From Amoeboaphelidium protococcarum X5 (lineage: Eukaryota > Fungi > Aphelidiomycota), in contig JALDTO010000158.1 of assembly GCA_023515725.1 (NCBI GenBank), positions 62,001 through 126,000 on the forward strand: a DNA stretch of 64,000 nucleotides, in the 5' to 3' direction. The position numbers and the translations under genes are program-made. The first letter of the stretch is position 1, and every line of letters starts with the position of its first letter. Positions 16,255 to 30,721 of this stretch are shown here, piece by piece. The notes below the pieces were generated by a model. It saw only the letters and a list, made by a program, of their open reading frames with translations, made no database searches and had not been told where the DNA came from.

Positions 16255-17407
16255 GAGCTTATGGATTTGACTTTTGAATAAGTGAACAACGTCGTGAATC
16301 TCCGGTGATAATTGTAATGAACTTCAGCAGGGATCTTCGTACGTCATTTTCCTTTTTCTGTTCCCTTATCAATACAGGCAAGACTTTCGTGGAAATTAAA
16401 TCTATCAAATCTATCTCAGTGCTCAGTATACCTTGCACTTTGAAGCGCTTTTTTATAGATTATGATCAAATCTGTTTGGTATCACCTTATTGAACTTCAC
16501 ATAAACAAATCTTTTATGACTCAGCCACTCGAACGATTGAACGGAACGCACGGATGAGACGACGACCGTTCCTTTATCACGCTTTATTAGTGAGAGTAAG
16601 TTCCTTTTAGATTTCTATCCAGGATTCAGCAGTTGGCATGCATTCACCCTTCTTTCATTATTCACGATCGTTATCATATGTTTTACAGAAGTACGATGTT
16701 GTCAATATCTAATGTTGATAGTCTATCTACCATCTTCTTATTGCATTTTAATATAGCCTAGATTTTGCTTAGTAGGAATACTCTCAATCATGAGGCACGG
16801 AGCTTTCTCACTAGCCATTCAGCTCGTTTAGGCGCGACATGTTGCACATTCGTTATCACTCGAGGCATATTTCAACTTTTTATCTGATTACGCGATAAAG
16901 TAAGCCTGGTCCGATAGCTATCAGCTTTCTGAAACCTTTCAGTTTGTAAAACTATTAATTCGAATAAAAGTTGTCCAGGGAGATCGTTCCAATGTCATTT
17001 CTCAGTAGCCGGTGTACAAAGACTTCCGTTAGTGAGACTTTGTGTTGTTCTCAACGCACCGTTCGTAATAAAAGATCACTATCCACCGTGACACAACTTA
17101 AAGTTCTGTATAGAAATGCTTCCAAAATATCAGTGAATTATATTGGATTTTGTAAACGCCTCATGTAAGAAATGTAAAGTCGATCAGCTGTTTGCTATAT
17201 TATTAGACCGACATTGGTCTGGACTGTATATTATCAGCGAATCAGCGTCGCATAGCAACCAGTTGGTTACTTTGCTTTGTTGGCCATCACTATCTGTAGT
17301 ATACTTTCCATTTTCTTATCCACACCTTTGCTTAATCAATTGTCGATATATTGCATTGATTTATTTTGTTAATAAATAGGATGATTAATCGTTAAATTGG
17401 AATTATA

Positions 17408-20400
17408 ATGTTACCTCGTATTGTTAATCCTCAAGGCGTGAAACAATGGGTGGTGTTTAATCTACTATTGTTGTGGATTAATCTATCAACCACCATTGCG
17501 CAGGCCATGACATTAACTAATCGTGTCAACTACAGAAGCGTGTTTTACGAAGGTAATAATAGGATTTATATTTATGGTACATTTCAAGGGCAGAATAATC
17601 TGCAAAATCAAGTGACATCTCCCACCTTCTACATTGGTTAGTCTGGTGGGATTGATTTGTTTATTGAAGAGTATGATATCACTGGTAATCTGATAAGCCA
17701 AGTGCTCCTTGGTGGCACGGCTAATGATGTTGAGCCTGTGATGGATATTGATCGCACCTCTGGCTATCTTTATCTCGGTGCATCCAGTAAGAGTAAGTCG
17801 GCGCGTAAGAATAACAGGTCTCCTTACTTTGGTGTGAATTGTAATGCAAGAGTGAACCCTGTCATTTCCATGTTCTAATTGAGCTCAACAAGTTCTATGG
17901 AATTTGTGGAGTCTCTTTGCCTGGCCACCTCTGCTGATTCTGCTATTGTCCATATTATGGGCGGTGTGTATAATGATGAAAGTCAAGTCTATATTCTGTA
18001 CATGGCCGGCACCACACGTTAAGGTGTGACAACTAATTAGGTGTTGATGACATCTTACGCGGTGACTGCCTCTGGGCTATCTGGCTCTGCTAGCATCAAT
18101 GCGCTGCGTATGTAAGCTTCAACCGCATTTAAGGCTGATTAAGTCGTTGGCGGTCTGGATACGAGTCCTTTCTATGCAATGACCGATGGTAATTCTATAC
18201 TTGTGGTGCAGCCTATGACCGCATGTATTTGGTCAATATGGTTTGGTTTTACGTGTAATTTCAATGCTGTCGCTGGCCAAGTGTCCTCTTTGACTTCTGC
18301 TGACTGTCGTACTGGAGCATGTAAGATATTTGGTACCACGTCGTAATCTGTTACTCCGAACTTTGTCTTGTCACCAGCAGTTGCCTCTCCTGTTGGAGCC
18401 GTCATCACAATGAGCACTTCTGTGTCCGTTGTTAATGTTGTTTATTTGAGAGATATTGGCACCGCTGTCGGTTTGTATGATGACGTCGCCGCTAATCAGT
18501 ACATAGCTATTGGAAGCTCCTATGCTAATCCGTCGTAGTTCTCAATTGTTATGGCAAAGTATGACTCTGGATCTGGAAATTTGATTAGCTCTTTTGTTCC
18601 TCAAGTAGCTAATCTTCAGGAGCCTGTTGGTATTGGAGGTACTTAAGCTGTCAATAGTGTCGCGATTGGTTTGGCTCAACCAGCTAATGGAAGTCATCTG
18701 AGAATAATTCCATATCCTTATCCTATCACTACCACGACGACTACTACTACGACTACTACTACCACTACTACTACTACAACTACAACTACGACTACATCCA
18801 CGACCACCACCACAACTACCTCGACTAAGACTCCAACGACAACTACAACAACGAGTACAAAGACTCCTACGACAACTACAACGTCAACGACAACAACGAG
18901 TACTTAGACTCCACTGTTAACAACTACAACTAGTACTAGCACAAGGACTACTCCCACTACCACTAAGAGTCCGACAACAACAACTAGTACTCAGACTTCA
19001 ACCACAACAACGACGTCGACTTCCTCCAAGAGTACCACCACATCAACTTCCACAACTACGTCTACAATTACCTCCACTACCACCGTTCCTTTGACAAGTA
19101 CAACTACCACTACTAGTGTTAGTATTACATCTTCGACTGGATAAAGTAGCTATATGTCGACTTTGATTGCGACAAGTACCTCATCCACTGGTGTTGTTTT
19201 GACTTCGCTGGCTACATCATCTGCATCTGCGTTGACTTCATCTACATCCTCAACTCCTACCACCACATCCACGAGATCTATCACAACTGCTACTGGAACT
19301 GAAGTTACTTCCCTGCCTGTGTCTTCTAGTGAAATGGTACTGAGTTCTTCTGTAACGAGTGAGACACCTCAGTTAAGCTCAGTTTCTACCGTTGCCATTA
19401 GCTCTGCTACTGCCTCGATATCAACATTATCAACTTATTCTGCAATGTAGTCCACTAGTGTCTTGAGCTCTGATTTGATTGCCTCCTCGTAGAAGTCAAC
19501 CAGCACTTTAGGCTCTACAGCCACTACTGTAGTCACATCGGTTAGCACGTCTCCCGCTTAATTGACTACTGCAGATCTGTAGACGAGTTCAGTCATTTCA
19601 AATAGTCAATCTGCTTCAGATGAGTCTTCCACCAGTACCTTAAGTACGTTGTCTACAGCTTAAATTAGTGCAGCAAGCAGTGTTATGGTAAGTACTATGG
19701 AGTCTACCTAAATCTCTCTGACCTTGGCAACTTAATTAAGTACGAATACGTTTGCAACAGTTGCGTCTGAAAGTTCTGCGTCATTGAGTACGCCTAGCAT
19801 TGGTCAATGGTCTACATATGGGACTTCTTCAGACATTTTGTTGACTGGTTCGACATCTTCAGTCGGCTTGAGTACGTACGGTAGTCAGTCTACGGTTGAA
19901 GCAACTAGTCCAACTACTGCGACTTTGGAGACTACTTTGATTCCTGAATAATCCACCATGGAGACAATTAGCACTATTGGCGTCAACTCGTAGTCTTCGT
20001 CTATAAACGTTGGAAGTACTTCTGATGTAACAGTATCGCTGCATTCGGCTTCAAGTTAGAGTGCAAGCTTTGCTGATACTACCACTTAAAGCGAAGGTTC
20101 GTTTGTTAGTCAGTCATCTCAGATCACAGTGGACACTGTTGCAAGTACTGCTACTTTGTCCTCTTATATGTCAGCGCTGTCTTCACAATCGAGTAGCGCT
20201 GGGATTTGGGAAACTACTAGCATTTTTTAGTCCATTGGATAGTCTTCAGTGCCTGTTGGAACTGTTTCTACGTTGTCCCCAGATGCTGTCAGCTAGACTT
20301 CATCTGGCCTTGCAACTACTTCTGCTGAAAGTTTAACGACTGAGGTGTCTTCCACAACTGTATAAACGACTACTGAGATACCTTTAAGTAGCTCCTACTT

Positions 20401-23400
20401 TGATGATGTGGTAACTTCGGCGAACGCGGTCTCATCTTCGAGCTAATTTACGTCATTGGAAGTTTCTATAAGTTCATCTGTATAGCCAGTTAGTTCCACC
20501 CTGAGCGCTGGATAAAGTACAAGCATTTTGACTTAAAGCGAGTCGGCGGTTGAGACAACAAGTTCTGTTGGTATTGTATCGAGTTTAACTTTGGCTTCTA
20601 GTACAACTTCGACTGTTTTGCCTACTGCTGTGGTTGATGACCAGACTTCTACGCTTACTTAGATCTCAAGTGCTACTCTAGACACATCTACAATTGTTAA
20701 CTCAGCTTCCACAAATGCAAATGTATATTCTTCTTACTTTGCTACTACTGTATCTGCTGCAGGGTCTTGGACGTATAGTCAGACTACTAGTGCCGATTTG
20801 CTGAGTTCTGTCGCTATGTAGACGTCTGTGTCTGACAGTGCTGTGACTAGTGTTTCCTAGCTAGAGAGCTAAACTTTTGAGGCAACTACTGTTGTTACCA
20901 CTGTCACCGAATAATCCTCCACTTATGTACCGATTTATAGTGTTTCTTCGATTGTATAGTCTACTCTACCAGATGATTCTGCTGTGTCAACATTGTAGTC
21001 AACATCTGTCACAGTAAGCTCTGTTATCGAGTTGGAAACAAGTACTATCTTTGCAACTGTAACTAGTGTTGAAAGTTCGGCGACCTCGTAATCTAGCACT
21101 AGCAGTTAATTGGGAGAACCATCTATTGGACAGATCACCACTGGTGCTAGCTAGTCTGACGCTACAGTTTCTTTGTCATCAACTTAATCTGCAACTGTTA
21201 TTGTGACTACTACTAGTGCTCTCGGTGTTGATGTTCAGACCACAAGCGAGTTGCTGTCTGTGCACCTGTCAAGTAGTTCTTTGGGCTTGACGACTTCATC
21301 TGAAGTCAACTCTGGTACAACCATAACTGGAAATTCGTAATTTGCGCCATTGTCCACTGGTGTCACGGTTGCTTTTACGTCTGAGGAAATCTACACCACT
21401 AGTATTATTCAGTTGCCAACGTCTAGTAGCTCGGAGTATACTTAAGCAAATTCCACGTCTACATTGCTCATTGAGACAAGTCCAACTATGGTTGAGACTA
21501 TCAGTGAATCTGTTGCGCCAGTTATTACATCGAATAGTACTCATTAATCAATATCTGATGAAGTCTTCACCTCGACTGTTGCTGTTACGGAAACTTCTTT
21601 GTCTGGAAATTCTACATCTACAGTAATTGATGCAACATCCAGTGTATTTAGTTCAGTCTACTCGACATCTTTGGTCGTACTGCCTGGTGTTGATTCCACG
21701 CTGCTATTGGTTTCCGCTACCACATCTGTAGATGATTTACAGTCAACTTTGACATCAAGTGGCACGTTGACCTGGTCCTCTTTGAGTTGGTCATCTGATA
21801 GTGCTTCATCTGTTATTGATATAACTTCTGCTAATTCTAGCACTTTGTATCAGGAGACTTCTACAATGTCTTAAGAAAGTATTACTGTAACTTCAGTGGA
21901 AACTACTTAGCCTTTGTTTACGACTAACTCTGATGACTCTGCATCCAGCGAGATTGTTATGACCAGTTAGACATAGGAATATTCTACACTGAGTACTTCT
22001 ACTATAGGCTTCGTTAATTCAGTTGATAGTACATCGCTTGTGTCTACTGCGTTTGTATAGTCCACTACCTCGACTTCTTTGGCTTTTGCTACTGTCTCCT
22101 CCAGTGTAACATCATCTGAATAAGATACTTTCACTTCTACCTCTGTGGAAGTTGAGTTAACGATGTCTATTGTTTAGTCATCCACCGACGCTGTCTTTGA
22201 GACATCAAGTCAAGACTTTGTAGCTAGTTCTAGTTCTAGTATTAGCGATAGTATTACTTCATCATTTTCGCTGTCGACAAGTTAGCTGGTTTCTTAAATT
22301 AGTGTAGTGGAAACTTCAACGCTAGGTGAATTTTATACATCTTCAGTGCTGGCTACCACTACATCATCTGAGTAGTATGTGAGTGAAAGTGTTACCATCA
22401 CTGGTGTCTCTGATTAAGTAACTTTAGCTGATGCAACATCCACCGAATCTTTGGGCGTTTATACTACATTTGGGGTAACTTCAGCTAGTGGAACAACGTT
22501 GTTGGCTTCAGAGTAGATTGTAAGTAGCTCTCTGGTGTATGACTCTACTTCTAGTGAAAGTGTCATGTCTAGTTTCACTGTGTCAACATAATATACTACT
22601 GGCTAGTTTAGTTCTTTTAGTACGGCTTTGTGGTCATCTATTCCGTCTACTCCTGTTGAATCGTCATATGTTGATGTAACTTCAGTTGTGTCTGATATAG
22701 ATACTGAAACATCAGTTTTTTCAGTGACATGGCAGTAGACTGAAGCTGTTGAGACTACTTCAATGCTGCCGTCGTCATAAACTCCGGACTAAGTGATTAC
22801 GTCTCTGGTTACATCTTCTGTTGATGGAACGACTTAGGTTATTGATGATTAGACTACTACTTCAAGCGTTGGTTCATCCTTTGTAATCACAACATCTACC
22901 ACAGATGTGACGACTTCAGTTGATACTGTGTTATATTCAGTTTAGGAAACAACTAGCACTGTCTCATTTGCCTCGGAATCTGTGCCATCTATGACTTCGA
23001 TACTTACTGATATGAGTTCCGTCACCTCTGAAGATATTGGGACAATGAGTTCATAGTCTGTGGATTCTACATCGTTGTTAATCTAAACCACTTTGGCCTA
23101 TGAGTCTGGAAGCTCTCTTCAATCTTTGTGGACATCGAGCACGAGCACTTAGACTGTTGATGTCAGTTCTGGTCTTGGAAGTACCTCGACTGCGTCCCCT
23201 GTTTTTACCTCATCGATTATGTCAGATGCTTCCATTGAAGTTTCAACGGTGGGAACAACATCTAGTTACGAAGGTCTTACTATTAGTTCTGCGAGCGCTG
23301 AGTCTAGTTATACTACCTTGTAATCTAGTGATATGGCGGACTCTTCTACTAGCTCGCTGGCTATCACGACCACTTCTGATTTGATGGATGCACCCCCTTC

Positions 23401-26400
23401 TACAACACAGACTACTGAGATGACTTCCGAATATTCCTCATCTGTTACTAGCTTTGCCGTATCTGAAGGTAGCAGCAGTTTGCTGACATTGTCGACTCAA
23501 ATTAGCAGTACGGATTAGGTGCATTCTACGTTGTTTTAAACTTCTTATGGAGTGGGTTAATCATCCATGGCTAGCTCAGAAATTGGATCAACGAGTACTC
23601 TTAGTTTCACCGTTGATTGGATTACTTCTTCAATTGAAGGCTCTACTGTGACTACAAGTGCTGATACTTTTACGTCGACTAGTTTGGAATTGGTATCTTC
23701 TACCATTGCTTAGCCTGAGGTTTCCTCTACAGAAATGACAACTACGACGTCTTAAATTTAGAACGAATTCACGTCCACTGAGTCTGTAATTGCCACGTCT
23801 GTAACTTTTGATGTTGCGCCTAATAGCACAACCGTGTAAGACGGTGGTATGACTTAGAGCACGGCTATGACTTAGATTCTGTCTACTGCTGTAAGCAATT
23901 TTAGTGATTATGCTAAGTCTACATCATCCGAGATTATAACGTCTATTAGTGCAGTCTCTACTACTTCTAGTCTGCTGATTTCTGCAACTTCTGGTACTGA
24001 AGTTATTTATTCAAGCGAGGCTGGTGCCTATTCTTCCGTGTTGGAGACCTTGACTGTATAACCGTCCAGTAATAGTTACGCTACCTTGACGAGTGAACCA
24101 GCGGGTTAGTCTTCTCAATCCAATGAGGACTTGTCTACTTCTATGGAAGATATCACCACGTCAACCTTGTAATATTTCGCTACGTCTAGCAGTAATTTGG
24201 CATCATAGTCGTTCGATGTATTAACGTCGGATTAGGTGACAACGTCATCATTAAGTGATACAGTTGGTACTATTACTGAAGACTTTACTGTAACTTCTGC
24301 TGCTTTGTAGTCCTTGATCACAACTATGACTGCAGAACCAAGTTTGACCTTCAGCGAAATTGTTACCTCTTCGTAAATCGATTAAGAGACAAGTTCTACT
24401 TTGCTGTATGAGATATCATCTGAGTCTTCATTGCAATCTACTTAGTAGGTATCACAGTCTTAGTCTAGCGTTATGGACGTTACATAATCTCTGATCGCAT
24501 CTTCGATTGCTGTATCAAGTGTTTCTGAGGTATAGACTTCCTCTGTTATTGTAGATACTTAAGTATTGTTTACTTCTAGTTATCTGCAAGCGGTGTCTTC
24601 TGAAATTCCTATCACATCAGTCACAAGTAGTATAAGCCTAAGTTCAATGGAACTAAGCTCTGCAGTCATAGAGTAACCAACCTCGTCTATTACTTCATTT
24701 GAATTGTCTTCATCACTGGTGCTTTCTAGTACTGTGCTGGAGACCATTAACGTTGGTACAACTACAGTGTAAGATAGTAGTAGTACATATGCCTTTAGTT
24801 CGCTTGAAGATGAGGTGACATCCACTTTGCTATCTAGTTAGATGGTGTCCACTGCAAGTACTTTTTAGTAATCGGAAGGTCTGTCAACTTCTTTGGTATA
24901 ATCAACTGAGTATTTAAGTAGCGTAGTTTCAACCATGAGCTCTACAGTAGATTCCATGGCGACATTGTCTGCGTCAGAAATTATAACATCAACATTGAGC
25001 GCTGGTTATTATCCATCAACTACCACAATGTCATCTTCGCTTGAAAGTGCGATCACTTCATCTGATGCTGTCTCTCATAGCACGACTGCTGGAAATGACT
25101 GGGTCTCGACTTAGACTTTTACTTCGGACATCTTCACATCTAGTGATTTGACCAGTGGCTCATCAATTACGTCGACATCCAACGAGCTGAGTAGTGTTTT
25201 GTAGACCTCTGAAAGTTCATACTTAATTACGTAATCTATTGAGTACTCAACGTCGTCCGTGCTTTCAGGATAAGCTACTTCAACGGTATCTGAAGACGGT
25301 CTCATTTTCAGCACCTCGTCAATTGTAGATGGTACTACTTACGGTGACTAGAGCATTGCATCGGTTACCTCTTACACTGACAGTTTGTCTTCGGTCGGCT
25401 TTATAACTCCTGCTGTTAGTGATTACTCGTCCTAGGCATTCACTGAGGTCCAAACTTCGGAGATACTCCCTACTACTTCCTCTCTGGTTGTTTATACTGA
25501 TGTGTTGACTAGTACTTAGACGGAATTATCCGTATTCACTACAGTGGCTGATTCAACTTAGTCCATTATGATGTCTTCATCTTCAGTGGATACATTCTCT
25601 TTGACTGTGTTGAGTACGTCACCATTGATTGCATCTGAAGTATGGAGCACCATTACATAATCGTCAACAGCTGTGGCGATGGAGACTGGCAGTCATTCTA
25701 GCATGACTGAAAATGAAGTGTTATCAAGCAGTATGATGGTATCTTAATCTATGGTTGACTATGTTACTTCAATATAATCTGGTCAGCAGAGCTCAAGTGT
25801 ATTTGGTGGCTTTAGCACTGAAACGTCTGTCTCTTCAGTAGAAAGTACTACTACCTTGACTTCATTGATGAGTTCTGTGTTGGAATACGCTTCATCAGAA
25901 ACTTTGTCTGATACAATGACTACCGTTCTGTCCAATTCTGAGCTTGGAGCGTAAACAACTGTTCTGTCTGAATCAAGTACCATGTCTGAGACAGTTTATT
26001 CTGAGCCTGTAACACAGACAGATATTGTATCAGTGACTACTGGATTAGATGGTACTACTGGTACCGTGGACGTTTCTATTACCTTTTCTGAGAAAAGTTC
26101 TACCATCGATTTGTTGCCAACTACGACACTAGATGCTATTAGTTCTGAAGTTCTAACCTCGTCAGTGACTGTAGAAACCACTGCCGTTTCTAACGAAGTG
26201 ACCTCTACCACCCTAATGGAATATACTTCTGCCGTAGCTACTCATGAATCTAACACGTCCTCTGATATGTAGACATCTACAAATGCGGATTCGTCTTAAG
26301 TATCAGTACACTCCGAGACAACTTCAGAATTAGTTGCTGCAACTACTACTCTGGCTAATCCTACTTCTTCCACTGAAGATGATGTCTTGTCTACTGAGTC

Positions 26401-28378
26401 TGTTTATTCCTCTGTTGAGACTCGTACACTGTTGCCTTAGACATCTGTTTAGGAAAGTGTATCAGTCATTACTTCAGATAGCAGTCCTCTGGAGACCTCT
26501 TTTGTGACATTTACTGAGCTTGCCTCTGAGACTACGCTGGAACTGACATCTACTTTAACTGGGTATAGTTCTTCAAGTGAACTTTTGTCTGATTAAGTTT
26601 CTTCCACTGTATTTGTTGGCACCACATACTCTACAACTCATGTGACAAGCACGCTGATCTCTGACGTTACGTCAACTGCTTCAATCTCTGAGCTTCCGAC
26701 AGTATCTGCTTAAGTCACTTTAAGTGTGGAGTCGTCATCTGTAATGACTGAAAATCCAATGACAAGTTCCATACAGGAGATTTCGACTGTGTCTCAGAGT
26801 ACCTCTTTAGAATTGTAAAGTTCGATGATTGCTGATGTTACTACTTCAATTCTATTGACGGTATCCGACGCCTCTTCTGTGATGTATGTCGTCAGCTAAA
26901 CATTGGTTGAGACCTCTACTGTCGGGTCGACTTAGATCTTGACAACAACTTTGTCTTCAGATCATACGTCCACAATGATCGCAGAGCCTGACCATACAAG
27001 TTCGACCGTGGTGTTGGATTAGATGTCTAGTTTAGTTTAATTGACTGAGTACGATACTACCACATCTGTGGACTCAAGTGAATTGTAAACTGCCACCAGC
27101 ACTGATATACTAGTGACTACTATTGGCTAGAGCTCTGTTGAAGGCGTTATTATTACCTTGTCTACTCTTGAGAGTTTGAGCATTAGTATTGAGACATCTG
27201 TATTGTCTGTGTCAAGTGAATATCTGGCGTCGTCTGTTACTAGCCCAGCGAGCTCTACAACTCCCGAGCTAGTCACTTCAACCCCAATTGAGATGGTTAT
27301 AACGTCCTCTAATGCAGTTGATGGTTCTTAGACAAGTACTTTCTATGCAGAATCCACAAAAGAGATATCAAGTTTGGAGACGACTACTCAGTTATCATCT
27401 GTGGCTGATGCCGAGTCCTCTGCTACAAGATCATCACAGGTGTATAGCTCTGAATAGACTAGTTTGACGTTGACTGAGTTTATTGCGACAGAATCATCAT
27501 TACCTGATAGTATGTACACAACTTTTATAACCACAAGTGCAGCTCCAGCCGGGAACACTGTGTAGTCGACAAGCGAGCCATAGACGTATGAAGTTGTCTC
27601 TAGTTCTTAAAAGAGTGTTGAAGAGTTTACTACTGCTGGTTTTGAAAGTTAGTATGTGTCATCGCAGAGTTTGATAGTTGTATCCACTACTAGTAATGCC
27701 GATGCAAATGTTTCTCCCACTGATGTAGATACTGGAGTTGCCCAATCTACAATTGGATAGCAAAGCACGCGTAGTAATTACAATGCAAACATTGCTGGTA
27801 GTGTTACCACATCACTTTATGGAAGCTTTGGTACTGTGTCTACTCTAATAAGTTCTACCAAAAAGAACAATGATGACGATGTTATTGAACAAGCTTTTGG
27901 CAATGGAAACAACATGCAAATGATCATCATTGCTAGCATAGTCGCGGGCACGCTGTTCTTTGCATCGGTAGGTATCGTGGCAATCAGGCGTAAGAGAGGA
28001 AAAGGTAATAAGATTAGTGCTTTTACGGTGCAAAATCTGAATAGTGGTTTCTTCAAGTCTAGATCTGGATTCTTTGGCCGTAATCGCGTATAGCCAACTA
28101 GCTCTGCAATGATCGCCCCAAGAAGCTCAGTGAGTGTTGATAGTCCGTACTCGATAGTAGACATAAGAGTTGATCCTGAAGATCCTGGCGTGCGTGACTT
28201 CCGCTCTGGACAGCCACTAGCGGGCATTTCAGAGCAGTCTGGTTTCACAATTCCAAACTCGTCTGAAGACCCAATGCCAATGTCTCGTTACACTCTACCA
28301 CTGACATCCAAGGATCTTGATGGAGGGGATAGCCTTTATGACAATAGTCCTTCTGGGAACGGTAATCAATATTTTTGA
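17408..28378 (+). CDS. Giant (~3656 aa) single-exon mucin/adhesin-like type I membrane protein: signal peptide, ~400-aa globular head, ~3000-aa Ser/Thr stalk, TM, ~130-aa cytoplasmic tail
   Basis: ORF-track fragments at 17408, 17657, 18671, 19154, 21599, 23333, 25982, 27836 and 28109 share one frame and end at TAA/TAG until the final TGA; TM IIIASIVAGTLFFASVGIVAI followed by RRKRGK; TGA at 28376-28378. Not every codon was checked. Confidence 0.85.
18728..19115 (+). repeat. Poly-Thr and TTTTTTSTKTP-type imperfect repeats at the start of the mucin stalk
   Basis: ACN codon runs with recurring STKTP/STQTP units. Confidence 0.8.
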
Positions 28379-28662
28379 AAATGGTTAATAGGTTGAAATT
28401 TAAAATGAAATAATGAATGAATGAATGAGATTTAAAATTATATCAAAGTGTTTTTCGTCGTCTTTACTTCATAGTGCCAAGAGCCGTGGTGACCGGGCAG
28501 AAGATGAAGGGAATGAGCTAAACGACGGGCGACTGACTGAGGACGAAGCGAGAGACAGCGCAGCGACGCGTCTTTAATTCTTCAGCGTTCGTTCACTCTG
28601 TTCTCTCAATTCTCTGGCACTTGACGGCAACTCTGATTCTAATTTACGGGTAGTACAACGGC

Positions 28663-30721
28663 ATGATGAACAACAATACCAACACTGATAGCATTAATGG
28701 CAGCGAACAGAGTCACTAAAATCGAAGAGTCAAATTTGGCGACTTTGGTGATTTCGATATTAGTACAAAGATTTCATACTCGGTACGTTCTCGTGTACAT
28801 TCACCCTTATTTGACTATTGGCGATGTAAATATGTTATGTGTGTAGAATCCATAATAAGCTTTCGATAATCGTAATAAAGGTTAGATTATGCTTATGAAT
28901 TATGTCTATATCGCGAATTACCAGAGTTCATGTATTGTAGTCGGTCATATGAGAATATTTGGATAAGCATTCAACCCTTTCCCGCGATAAAGTGATAATG
29001 ACAATGGTGCCAGCGGGATATAGTCATAATAGTTACAGTAGTAACAATAGTAGTCGTAATAATAGCAATAAATTTAGTAATAACAGCAAAGTCAACCATC
29101 GAGGTGGGCCGGTCTTTTTGGAAGTAATACTGCTTCTGCTAATGCGTCCGGTGTCGCGGTTCATGGCACGTAGATTCGACAAGTAATGACCAATGGTAGT
29201 GTTAGTAGTGTTAACAGTTAACAGCGAAACCCGCTCTCTATATAGACTTCTGAGGACAATGCAGCCTCCCTTGTTAACTCAAACCTCCTTTAAGGCCAGT
29301 CAGTGCAGATGATTAAATTGTACGAGATTGTCAAGAATTACAAAGTTGCAATGCACAATTACATTTGGCTTCCGAGGGGTCTCATAAACAGAGGTAACAT
29401 GTGTTATATGAATTCAGTACTTCAGGCGTTGCTATACTGTGCACCAATGTATCACTTGCTTGACAGTATTGCCAAATCTGTCCCACACGATTTCAAGTCT
29501 AAGACTCCACTTATTGACTCGCTGATCATGTTTATATAAGAATTTGCTGCTGTGGATGCGTCTTAGCATTAGCACTTGGAGCATGAGATGGCTGGCGCAC
29601 ATTATCATCAGCAATCATTCCTACCAGAGTATGTGTATGATGCTCTCAGGGCAGATAAGAGATTCAACTCATAGAAGGGATAGTAGGAAGATGCTGAGGA
29701 GTTTCTCGGATTTCTGCTTGATGGACTACATGAAGAGTTTCTATTGGCGGCTAGTATTGGATCTTAAATGCAATAACTGGATGACACACTGGCTTCACCA
29801 ACATCATAATCATCTCGTGTGTCCAGCTCTCAATAACCGTCTCTACCACTTCCACATGGCTCATCATCATCTCAATCATCATCCCCCACTAGCGAGAGTG
29901 GCGGATGGGTTGAAATCGGTGCGCGTAATAGGCCGGCGTTGAAGAGAAATGTATCAATACCATAGAGTCCGATTACCAGGATGTTTGGTGGATAGCTGCG
30001 ATCGATTCTCAAGGCACCAGGAACTAAAGACTCTATAACTATTGAGCCGTTCTATGCGCTCCAGCTGGACATTACACCTGAAGGTATAACGACACTGGAA
30101 AGTGCCATCTTGAATTTGAGTAAGCCCGAGTAATTGGAAGAGTATCAGATTCCTAGTGGAAAGAAGGTTACCGCGTCGAAATAGTTGTTTATTGAACAGC
30201 TGCCTCCTGTGCTCATACTCCATCTCAAACGTTTTATATATGAGAATGGGGAGACTCAGAAGGTTAGAAAGAGTATCACTTATCCTTTGCGGCTCAAAAT
30301 TACACCAGCTTCATTCTCTCCAGTGACTAAGCCAACTCAATCGATACACTATCAGCTATTTGGTGTTGTCTATCATCATGGAAAGTCTGCGACAGGTGGG
30401 CATTACACTTGCGCTGTCAAGTCTCAATTTAAAGTTAGCAGTGGTATTCAATCACCACTAAAGCGGCCCAATGATAGTGATAAAACAAGTGGTGGTCGGT
30501 AGTCCTCAGACGGGTCCAATGTTGATAGTGCCAGTAACAATCTAGACGCGTAATATAAATGGCTTCATTTTGACGATACTCTCATCAGTCATGTGGATGT
30601 TAATAAGGTATTGGAGTCGAGTGGGGATAGGAATGAGTACATTTTGTTCTATATCAGGTCTTCACTGCTGAGTCAAGTCTCAAATGAACAGGATAAGCGA
30701 CAGAGTGGCCTCAAACAATGA
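28663..30721 (+). CDS. UBP3: Ubiquitin C-terminal hydrolase USP10/Ubp3
   Basis: N-terminal KFGDFGDF; RGLINRGNMCYMNSVLQAL (Cys box); GQQ(TAG TAG)EDAEEFLGFLLDGLHEE; HHGKSATGGHYT (His box); WLHFDD. Intron 28783-28846, possible in-frame intron 28881-28940. Confidence 0.9.

Noticed and set aside
16255-17407. Possible small gene in the long spacer before the mucin (minus-strand ORF of ~87 codons under table 6)
   Set aside because: No recognisable motif. ORFs of this size arise readily by chance with a single stop codon.
18728-27800. CRISPR array, satellite or transposon in the low-complexity region
   Set aside because: No repeat-spacer periodicity, terminal repeats or transposase/RT motifs; explained by Ser/Thr codons.
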